In this document: positions 1-10,874 of the stretch, piece after piece | Layout: every line of letters begins with the position of its first letter | Position numbering within the stretch: the stretch's first letter is position 1 | Source: Schmidtea polychroa | Taxonomy: Eukaryota | Direction of reading: 5' to 3' | Length of the DNA: 64,000 nucleotides | NCBI GenBank assembly: GCA_044892525.1 | Contig: CM097886.1 | Location: forward strand, 184,934,312 to 184,998,311 | Translations under genes and position numbers: made by a program | The notes under the pieces: model-generated | Told to the model about the DNA's origin: nothing | The model's input: only the letters and a program-made list of their open reading frames with translations | Database searches by the model: none

Positions 1-877
1 GAAATCTCAAATATAATTTCAATTAATTACTACATAATTATGATATAATGTGATATAAATTATAAATATTATATTATATCAAATGACAAAATCTATTTAT
101 TGTCACCATTCGACACTACAGAAATTCAATGAAAACATTATTCAACACACTCATTAGTAATTACATAATCACATGTGCATAATCCAGTAATCATTTTTTA
201 TTTTAATTAACTAATTAAAATTCCTAAAATTGCACAAGAATATTGCATTTTGTGTATTTATTTCAGGAAAATGATTTATGACGTTAAATTTGAAAGAAAT
301 AGAATTTTTTAATAGTTCTTAAACATTATCTACTACTCATTGTAATTCTGTCAGTAGTATTGATAAATTTCTTCAATTGTTCCGTTATAGTGGGTATTTA
401 ATATATATTGATAGAAAGTAACAAAAGCTATGTCATTGGCTATCGATATTGAACGGCCGCCATACAAATTGACCAATAATATCCCTGCATTTCTTTATGG
501 ATTGATAGTCATTTGTTACAAGTTTTTTGATATTGTTCAATTTTTTCAATTGTGCGATTTATTCCAAAATCAACGTTAAATTTGCTGAAGGTTTCCAAAG
601 TTATAAAATTATCGAAAATGTGTAATAAATTTATTCGATGTTTAAACAAAATCATAATTAATTATGTTTTCTTGATTATATATAAATAATAAATAGAAAT
701 TTTGCATTCTTAAAATTTGCAAATAGAAGGAAGAATTTGTTTTTTGTAAAAATATATCTTGACAATTGTATTTTATTTTTGATTAATTTATCAAAATTAT
801 TTTATTAATGTTAAATACATACTTAAATAAACACGGTAAAGATTTTATTAATAAAAATCGCCATTCGTACGTCTTTT

Positions 878-918
878 TCACTATATATTTCGATAGCATC
901 ACTATCATCATCAGGTTA
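878..918 (-). ncRNA. Minimal type I hammerhead ribozyme motif (left arm of hairpin, minus strand)
   Basis: Minus strand reads UAAC-CUGAUGA-U-GAUAG-UGAUG-CUAUC-GAAA-UAUAU-A-GUGA. Stem II is a perfect 5 bp and the core is intact. Confidence 0.7.
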
Positions 919-1012
919 CCTACATTCACGATGGATGAATAACTATACTATATTGATAATTTGTTTATATATTATCAATATAGTATATATATTCATCCGT
1001 CGTGAATGTATG

Positions 1013-1053
1013 TAACCTGATGATGATAGTGATGCTATTGAAATATATAGTGA
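1013..1053 (+). ncRNA. Minimal type I hammerhead ribozyme motif (right arm of hairpin)
   Basis: CUGAUGA at 1017-1023, extra U, stem II GAUAG/CUAUU with 5-nt loop, GAAA at 1040-1043, palindromic stem III AUAUAU, triplet AUA with H17=1049. Stem I is weak (UAAC/GUGA). Confidence 0.65.
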
Positions 1054-2609
1054 AAAAGATGTACGAATGGTGATTAATATTAAATACATTTTATTTAAAA
1101 TAGGAGTTTATATTGAGAAAAATAAAATTATTATTTAATTTTATTTTATGAATTTGTTATTAGAAAATTCATTTCGTGATGCCTAATTGATGATTTGAAC
1201 GCTTATCAATCATTTTTATAATCCAAGAAGACATTTTGAATTTTATGTAAAATAATAATTATTATTTGAAATATTTGAAAATGTTATTAAAAGGAAAAAT
1301 TATAAGAATTATAAATCAATCATAAAAATTAGTGGAATAATTATAATTGTTTTAATTGGCATTTTGTCACTAATTCTAATATAAACGACGTCCATTGCAT
1401 ATTTATTCAAACAAATTTAAAGTAAAATAAAAATATATAAAAATTTATTGATTATTGTAATTTCATTAGATTTCACTGAAATTGTTATTTTCTACAAAAT
1501 TTTAATATTTCAAATTTTACTGTTTTTATTCTATTAATTTTTTTTACATTTCTCTAAAATTTAGATTTACAGAAATTTTTGTTTGGTCAATCTGATGCTC
1601 ATTAAAAATGTTAATTGTTTTTTCTCATTTAATAGTGAAAAAATTATTAATATTTTTAAAAATGTAAGAAAATTCATTTGACTTGTTTTTATTATTTCTT
1701 ATTTGACTTTTATCAAACTATTGATGCTCCTTGAGATTATATAAATTTTCTCATTCATTTCCGTTTCGGAATGTAAAGAAAATTATTGCCGCGATAAAAG
1801 TTTAAAAAAAATTTGTTTTATCTTTTAGCTTTTGANNNNNNNNNNNNNNNNNNNNNNNNNNNNNNNNNNNNNNNNNNNNNNNNNNNNNNNNNNNNNNNNN
1901 NNNNNNNNNNNNNNNNNNNNNNNNNNNNNNNNNNNNNNNNNNNNNNNNNNNNNNNNNNNNNNNNNNNNNNNNNNNNNNNNNNNNNNNNNNNNNNNNNNNN
2001 NNNNNNNNNNNNNNNNNNNNNNNNNNNNNNNNNNNNNNNNNNNNATAATATGGGATATGAGCATAATAAACTTTTCATATTTTACGAAAAAAATGAAATA
2101 TCTGAATTTCCATCCATCCATAATTTATAAAATTTAATAATTCCTCCAAATATTGATTAGAGTTCAAAAAATTTGAAGAATGTTTTCATTTTTTAATTAA
2201 AAATTTCCATTTGATTGAAATAATAATTGAATTATATTGGTGAATGATGGAAATAAAAATGTCAGAAACAAACAGATGTTAACCGGATTCATTTTATAAT
2301 GTAAATAATTAAACTGGGAATTTTTTCAACAATTTTTTTTGTAAAATTTTCCTGAATAGAACTTTGAACCTTCACACATTTGGCAATATCATTTGGCTTC
2401 AAAAATCCTTTGAGAAACAATTCTGAAAAGTCTTTTTACCAATAAAATCTTTAGTCTTCTTTATCACTGATAATTTCCTAATATCATTCTCTGTATGTTT
2501 ATAATTATCAAAATTTTGTTCTCTATTTTACATGAAATTTAGGCACTGTATTTTAAACAAAAAAGAAAGCATAAAATGTAAAATATAAATTTAGATTTTT
2601 ATTGTTATT

Positions 2610-2720
2610 TATTTAAAATCATTGATTTCTTTTCCATTGACATTGTATTGATTAAAAAGCTTGACTATGAATCAGTAAATATATCGATGTTTTTGAGATT
2701 CACGAATTTTGATCAAAGAA
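2610..2720 (-). repeat. Foldback family A arm (inverted relative to 3988-4130)
   Basis: Reverse complement of the AAACATCGATATATTTACTGATTCATAGTCAAGC...AAATCAGTGGTGAAA motif seen at 3988-4130, 20140-20245, 21015-21660, 30435-30520 and 32372-32460. Confidence 0.75.
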
Positions 2721-3987
2721 AACTTTGAAAAAAAATTTTAAATTTAAAGATCAAAAGTTGTATGAGTTTTGAAAATTATAATAATGTCTCGAGAGGGGTA
2801 TGTTCATATTGATAATGGCACCAAAAGGTAAATTTTATTACTGAACCATTAAAGTTTACATTGAAATTTACAGATAAAAGACAATTATTCTAAAATATAT
2901 TCAATTTATCGAATTGTTGCTCTAATGTTTCTCTAAATTTGTCCGCCTCTCTCTTTTTTATCAAAATATAAACTTTTGTATACATTATATACATTTTGTG
3001 TAGAAAGAAATATCCAAAAAATTTACAACAATTTTCTATGAATAAAATTCTTCCTCCAGCTGTCTCTGGCGGAGAAATTTTCAAAAATCAATTTTATCAA
3101 CAAAAAAGCTTTTAATTTTTACTAATAAATATTTCTAGAAAATCCTAATTGAGTTTAAATTAATCCAAAAAACTTTTAAAAATTAATTTTAGAATTTTTT
3201 TGGAAAACCNNNNNNNNNNNNNNNNNNNNNNNNNNNNNNNNNNNNNNNNNNNNNNNNNNNNNNNNNNNNNNNNNNNNNNNNNNNNNNNNNNNNNNNNNNN
3301 NNNNNNNNNNNNNNNNNNNNNNNNNNNNNNNNNNNNNNNNNNNNNNNNNNNNNNNNNNNNNNATGACGCATAATTTGTCTAATTTGATCAGCTAATTCTT
3401 CTAAAACTGTTATACTGTGTTACATATAAAAGTTACATATATTTTCTGCATATATATAGATTACAATTTATTAAAACTTAAATTTTACGGAGATTCTTTA
3501 TAATTTTTAAAGAAATTTGAACTAATTATTTTTTTAATTTCTGAAATTTGGATTTATCCCAACTAAAAAATGGTGACATGCTATTATTTACCCAATGTTT
3601 TCTTTCAAATTAGAGTATGTATCACAAATTTTGTTTATAGGAAATAATGTAAATTAAAACTCTCAATCAACCCCAACCGGACATTGACAGCAAGGACAAA
3701 CAATCTATTATGTCCGAAAGAATTATTTTCGTAATTGTAATAATTAGACTAATTTCTCCAACAATTAAATTGGCACTAGAAATTCCACCAATATATACAT
3801 ATAATTCATTAATTCTCCCTAACTGTTGTGATCTTTTCTATGCCATTTATGCACCCTTAGGGAAAACATCAAAATTCAAAGGGGAATAAACAATATTTCT
3901 CAGATTAAGCAGCATCTCTTTTTAAGAAAAGAAATTAGATTTTGTTATAAGCAAAACCTGTTATGTAATAATTATAATTATAAAAAT

Positions 3988-4130
3988 TCACTTGAAAAAG
4001 GCAGTGCCGAAAATTCGTGAATATCAAAAACATCGATATATTTACTGATTCATAGTCAAGCATTTTATTAAATATAATGTCAATGGAAAAGAAATCAGTG
4101 GTGAAATTTGAAAAAATGTTCTTATAATAA
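3988..4130 (+). repeat. Foldback family A arm
   Basis: CACTTGAAAAAGGCAGTGCCGAAAATTCGTGAATATCAAAAACATCGATATATTTACTGATTCATAGTCAAG... recurs at least six times in the window. Confidence 0.8.
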
Positions 4131-6742
4131 TTATAATAATTTATAATATTTATTAGTAATATGCTTGAGCTAGGTAAAAATCTTGGAACTTTCTAAAATT
4201 AATTCGATAGATTTAAAAATATTAATATTTGAAAAATAACCGGATTAAAGATTTTTTTAAAAATAATATTATTGATAATTTACTTTAATTTATTTGAATA
4301 TTTAATTGTATATATCTGTATCAATAATAAAAACTTAAACTAATAATACTCTCTTTTCTAGATTGGAAGTACTATAAAAACTGCATGTTCCAATTTAGAA
4401 AATAAATATGGTAAAATCTTCTAAAAATTATTGATATATTATTTGACTTTTCTGTAGTACCTGAAACATGCACACTTAATTTTATTTTATTAAGTATTTT
4501 TAATTATTTAAATTACATATGCATTATTGAGGAAATAAACAATAATTACGTTGTCTAAATATTATTATTACCTGCTACCCTTTTTTTCTATACTAACAAA
4601 AGATGTACTCAAAACTCTTGAATTGTGGAACTTTTTTTTCAAATTTTAGGAACTTCAAACTTTCAACATCAATCTTTCTGGTCTTCATGCATTTCTGTAA
4701 TATATGTATTCAAAGTTCACCTAATGGAAATATGAGATCGCATCTCAAATTTAATAAAGAAAATAAAACTCTGGAATCATAACAATTTGTGGAACAACGA
4801 ACCACTTCACCTCTATATAGATTGTATATATTACAATTGATAAATTTTGTAAAGCTGATGTTGATATGTCTACTCTTCGTCGGATCACAGAAAGAGAAAG
4901 GAGTACAATTTATTATTCATAAATGTCATTACAATATATACATACTTATTCCACTATTTCGACAGTATATTTTACCATCTGAACAAAACTAAGTCAAAAT
5001 TTAAGAATGAAATTTAATAATACATATGTTTCTGACAAATTATAAGTAAATTGTAAAGTTAGGTTTCGTTTTAGGCTGATCATTATAATTTTTTTACGAA
5101 AACGAATTATGTAAATACTGGATAAAGTTTTAGGTGTATTGCTAGTTAGACTGTAAGGACCGAGTATTAATTGTCCATTCAAATTAACTGAAAGTTCGAT
5201 ATTCAAACAAGAGAATTATTTTACACCATTTTCAAAATTTCTATGTATTCTTTTTTGAACCAACTTTATCTAATTTAACTTGATTTTATGGATTCAACCA
5301 TTCCTGATTTTGCAAAGAATATTAATTGATTGATTTTTGGAATGTTGAGATCAGTATAAAAATCAGTTTTTGTAATTATTATTTTGATTAAAGTATTTAC
5401 TTGTGTTATATTTGCTGTGATAATAATTGGCTCTGTTTCTATAGTTATTTGAAATTTTATTCCAACCTAAATATTCATTGTTTCGATTGTTGTATTCTTT
5501 TATAATTCTTATATAATTCTTATTATAATTCTTATAATTCTTTTATAATTGCTGATAGGGGTTTTATTCCATCTGATTCCACTTTGACCTCTGACCGTAT
5601 AAGAATAAAGTTTCTTGTTGACTGCTGCAACGTTTTTCACATTTTCATCGATTTCTTTAACAATCTTCTCGTGCTTCATCATTCTATTTTTTCATTCCTT
5701 CGAACGTATTTAACTCCTGCATCTTTAAATCAATCTTAAATTCATTATTTTCAAGGGCATTAAATAATGGGAACTAGGTTAAAGATTCTTTAACCAATTT
5801 ATGCTTCAAAATTTTATCAGCATAATTTTCGATTTTCTGGCAAAATTTATTGACTGAATCTTCTCATTATTTTTATTGTAGGACTTCCTGTAAGTCTTCA
5901 ATAAATGTTTGGGATTACACAAAAGCTTTTTTTGAGTGGTTCTTTGAAGTTCTTCATATTGTCAGTTTCTTCATATTTCTTGAGTGCATTATGAAGAGTT
6001 CTTCAATTTTCAACAGCTTGAAAAATCGCTTGATCTCTTCAATGAATTTTAGAACGTCTTTTAAAAGGTTTCACAAAATAATCCAGGAGCTTGTTCACCA
6101 TGTTAGACTGTGTGGACCGAGTATTATGGTATCCATTTAAATTAACTAATAATTCAATATTCAAACATTTATTATTATTCACAATATTCAAATAAGGGCA
6201 TTATCTTGAACAAGAAAACCTCATCCATAGTCATTCGATTAATTTAAATTATATAATAATTATAATTACATTTAAATTATTAATATAATATTTACATTTA
6301 TTACTTACATACCATACTTGTGAAATTCTAAATTAATTAATATTAAATATTTAAATTAATTAATTAAATTAAACTTTATTTATTTTATTCATTATATTAC
6401 TAACTAAAAATAGAGATAAACCGATATAAAATAATTTTAACATTATATTCACGCGAAATTTTCGCCGTTGCATAGAAAATGCACTAATAGATAATTAAAT
6501 CAAAATTGAGTGCTCATCTGTCATAATGATATATATGAATAAAACCAAATCTATTTTGCTTTTGTCGCGTGATTTTGACTGTATGACTCTAGAAAGTATT
6601 TTGGCATTCATTGGGCAGTATTTACATTTTTCTATTTATAGCAGTTAAATTTGGAAATAGTGTATAATGCCTACTTTAAAAAAGACAATAAAATTTCGAT
6701 GTAAAATAAAAAACATGTTTCTCCATGAAAGATCTTAACTTA

Positions 6743-7191
6743 TTAACACATTGTATGCGGGTACATTTTTTGCCGGAGTTGTGCTGTAGCGGGGTTTTTT
6801 TACGCATATTTAGTTTTTCAGTAAAATCTCAATAAATCGAAAATTATTTAAATTTTTAACCAACGTTTCTTATTTTGGTGGGAACATTTATAATAATATC
6901 GTAAATATGAAAATTTAAATATAAATATTTAGTTTTCATTTTTTCAAATTACATTATATATTTTTTTATTTTCTTCAAATGGTGGTATAGTGACCGTTAC
7001 CGTCGGTCTCTGAAAATGGACTAGGCCGCGTTTTCACCAAGTTACCAAAATAATAAATAACAAAACAAAACAATAAACCAAAAAAAGTATTCGATTTTTA
7101 ATCATGTCAGTAACGTACTACTATGTTACCCGGGCTCAAGTGCCAATCGTAAAAAAACGTACTAGTACGTGTCCCGCATACAATGTGTTAA
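6743..7191. mobile_element. piggyBac-type MITE, 441 bp between TTAA target duplications
   Basis: TTAA (6743-6746) then CACATTGTATGCGGG; at the other end CCCGCATACAATGTG then TTAA (7188-7191). 15-bp perfect TIR, no ORF. Confidence 0.85.
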
Positions 7192-7824
7192 TTGTGCAGT
7201 CAAGCATGAAATTAAAATGCAAAATTTTTTAAACCTATTTAAATCTATTTTTCAGATGAGTTAATTTGTATTTATCCAACGGTTACAATTCGGCTAAAAT
7301 ATAACTCCTGGGGAAATCTGAATAGGGAAAACACAGAAAATTTTAAATGGAGTAAATTTTAGGAAGAAATTAACCTGGAATTAGTAAAACAAATGAACTC
7401 AACTGAAATTCTGGATTCTTTTATTAAATATTTTGCTTAATTATTTAATTAATTTAATTTAGTTGACCATTTTTCCAATTGGAACTTTCCGTTTTTATTA
7501 CTATTACCGATCGTAAAAACTGGAAAAAGACGCGGGAATTTCAATAAAACTTTTCCTAAAGCAAATAAAACAATAAAGGCTACCGCTAAACTTTGTTATT
7601 AAAATTATATTATAATATTAATAAAAATAATAATATAAATAATANNNNNNNNNNNNNNNNNNNNNNNNNNNNNNNNNNNNNNNNNNNNNNNNNNNNNNNN
7701 NNNNNNNNNNNNNNNNNNNNNNNNNNNNNNNNNNNNNNNNNNNNNNNNNNNNNNNNNNNNNNNNNNNNNNNNNAGGAATTATATCAAGCCAGTTTTTATT
7801 TTGATCAATAATCATGACTCCAAG

Positions 7825-8389
7825 TCAACAAAATATGTTCTCGAATTTGACCATCTTTTGAAATCCCAACTCCAAATTCTTCGATGATTTTTCTAGCGAT
7901 GAAGTTATTAAAAGAAGTTTCGAAAGCATTAAAATCTCAATACCAACCAATGGAGTAACAATAGCCCGATGATAGATTCGACGTGTGGCAATTATTTTTT
8001 GACTTTCAGTATATTGACTTTTGGCTTGAGTTGATTTTAAGAAATTCATATTATCTGACCAATTATGAAAAGTCTTTAAATCCAAAACCCATTTTATCTA
8101 CTGCATAATCATAAGCTTGAGCCATTCTTTCTTTGAAACTAGGAGTTTTGTTATCTTTATCTTGTAGGTGAGACAAATAAAGTTTCCATAATTCGATGTG
8201 ATAAGTTCGCAGTACATATTCCTTTAATAGTTCAACATTTTCAATGGTTTCAACATATTGACTGATTAAGGGAAACTGGCGAATTTGTGCATCGCTAAAT
8301 AAAACATTCCACGCTTCCCATTGATTTGATTTAAAGTGTTCTTTAGCCATCAATAGTTCATCAGGATTGAAAACTTTACTTTCTTTCAT
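7825..8389 (-). pseudogene. CSTF3: Degenerate N-terminal fragment of CstF-77 (CSTF3/suf/Rna14)
   Basis: HIELWKLYLSHL...PSFKERMAQAYDYAVDKMG, NFLKS...ESQKIIATRRIYHRAIVTP and IARKIIEE match recalled CSTF3 HAT repeats. At least two frameshifts, internal deletions, no introns, truncated. Confidence 0.85.
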
Positions 8390-10682
8390 ATTCAAATCTC
8401 CTTCCAAAATATATGTTTTTAAACAAAAGTTCATATTTCCAAATCTGGAAAATTCCAACATTCGAAATAAATTTCAAGCAAAAAATCAATTTAACAAAAC
8501 ACAAATTTAATAACAAAGCACACAGAGGTGATATAAACGACAAAAACATAAATCACCATTCCCAGCGTCTGTGTGCCTGACACAATACCCACCACAATCG
8601 CACACAAACGCGAGGCCGAATTCATACAGCCAGTCAGAGGGAGAAGTCATTCCCCTCCTCTGAATGGTCGAATCAATAATAATAATAATAATAATAATGA
8701 TAATAAATAACAATAATAAAATTAATTGTAAATTACATTTATTGTGAAAAATTACATAGTAACAAAATGGTTAAAGAATATAAAAAATACCACAGAAATA
8801 TCGCAGAAATAAAAAATTTAAAAAAATATTTAATAATTATATAGTGAAAATGAAATAAGTAAATACTCTTCCCTAATTGTCTTATAATGATGGGTAATAA
8901 TATGTGAGAGGTAAATATGGACAATACCCAACATGGATGCCAAACAAATGATTCTAGCACTTGATCAAATTGAATGACAACTTGAACTCAAATGTCCGGT
9001 GGAAAAAAGTGAAATTAAATATATATTTTTTTTAAATTGAAATGAATCATTATAATTATTATAATTATTTTTATTATTATAATTATCTTTGGTACTATTA
9101 ATTTATAATAATAAATAAATAACAATAGCAATAACTTTTAACGATTAAATGATAATAGAAGTCTTTTACTGCGTTAAATAAATAAAATTAAATTAGCAAA
9201 AATATTATTTCTTGATTTTATTGAATATATTCTTCACAACAAAAAGGCTTATATTATCATTTAATTGTTTAACATTGAATTAATGCTGCTACTAAGAAAT
9301 CATCACATTATAATAACAATNNNNNNNNNNNNNNNNNNNNNNNNNNNNNNNNNNNNNNNNNNNNNNNNNNNNNNNNNNNNNNNNNNNNNNNNNNNNNNNN
9401 NNNNNNNNNNNNNNNNNNNNNNNNNNNNNNNNNNNNNNNNNNNNNNNNNNNNNNNNNNNNNNNNNNNNNNNNNNNNNNNNNNNNNNNNNNNNNNNNNNNN
9501 NNNNNNNNNNNNNNNNNNNNNNNNNNNNNNNNNNNNNNNNNNNNNNNNNNNNNNNNNNNNNNNNNNNNNNNNNNNNNNNNNNNNNNNNNNNNNNNNNNNN
9601 NNNNNNNNNNATGAAAAATGATTGAAAAAATCATTTCACTTGATGTCATGAAAAAGTCAGAATCGTGATAAATGTAAAAGGAAACTATTTTTTTTCATTT
9701 TGTAAATTATTCTGAGAATTTTATTTAAAGTTTTATATTAAATGCCAAACTGGACAGGAATTTGCCTTGGTAATTAATATAACAAATTTTACACAATTTA
9801 CCAATGTTTTTATTGACAATGTGCAGCGTATTTAAAAGTAGTCATCCTTTTGTCAAATTTTTACCAATTCACCATTTTTAATTTATTTTTGGGCAGATTG
9901 GTATTGGTGTTCTGTATTCAGTAGGGTTACGACCATTCTCTTTGCTTCGGCACCTAGGATTAGAGATCTGGTAACTCACTTTATTACGTTTGCATAATTT
10001 GAAACACAATGCTTATTTAAGGAATCCAAAATATCTGTTAGTTCCATTTGTAATTAAAATTTGAATGATTGTACCTTTATGATGTTGTCACCTAGCAGAA
10101 TGGAATAAAAGCCCATTAGGCTGAAATAAAGTCCCAATAAAAAAGTAGTGATAGAAAGAAAAGATCTGACAGTTGTTAATAATTTGTACGACACAATTAA
10201 AACAAAAAAGAGAGACCCTTCGTTCTTACAGGCTTTGATTCCTATTTATTAGGCATGATATAGTTTTCATAATGATACATTCATATGGGGATGTCACAGA
10301 AAGACTGAATGAATTCAAACGTTTCTTTATTAAGCAATTAAAATATCTGGTTTATTAATTTATATAATAATAATTTATTTATTAGGAAACATTATATAAT
10401 AATTAAATAAATATTATGACAAAACTCTTCAAAATAATAAAACATTTAGAACAACCTAGTNNNNNNNNNNNNNNNNNNNNNNNNNNNNNNNNNNNNNNNN
10501 NNNNNNNNNNNNNNNNNNNNNNNNNNNNNNNNNNNNNNNNNNNNNNNNNNNNNNNNNNNNNNNNNNNNNNNNNNNNNNNNNNNNNNNNNNNNNNNNNNNN
10601 NNNNNNNNNNNNNNNNNNNNNNNNNNNNNNNNNNNNNNNNNNNNNNNNNNNNNNNNNNNNNNNNNNNNNNNNNNNNNNNNNN

Positions 10683-10874
10683 AGTAGCATTTATTATTTA
10701 AAACAATAAAATGATAATTTAAGCCTTTTGCTGCGAATAATGTATTTAATGAAAAAGTTTCGACTATAAGATAATCCTTGTCAATCTCTGCTTACAATTG
10801 ACAGTTGACAAGGACTATTTTATATTCGAAAATCTTTTCATTAAATACATTATTTGCAGCAAAAGGCTTAAATT
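10683..10874. repeat. Foldback family B (palindromic MITE-like), flanked by gaps on both sides
   Basis: AATTTAAGCCTTTTGCTGC...CCTTGTCAA is mirrored by TTGACAAGG...GCAGCAAAAGGCTTAAATT. Other copies at 11861-11910, 26477-26652 and 48888-48975. Confidence 0.85.

Larger units (their letters stand above)
856..1075. repeat. 220-bp foldback: 105-bp inverted arms (856-960, 971-1075) with a 10-nt loop
   Basis: Position i pairs with 1931-i throughout. I count 98/105 Watson-Crick pairs, 4 G-T pairs and 3 other mismatches. Loop is TTGTTTATAT. Confidence 0.95.

Noticed and set aside
1813-2137. ORFs rich in X here and at the other gaps (3189, 7593, 9265, 10403, 10798, 11643, 11917, 17862, 19746, 26594, 40337)
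   Set aside because: They only span runs of N; artefacts of scaffold gaps.
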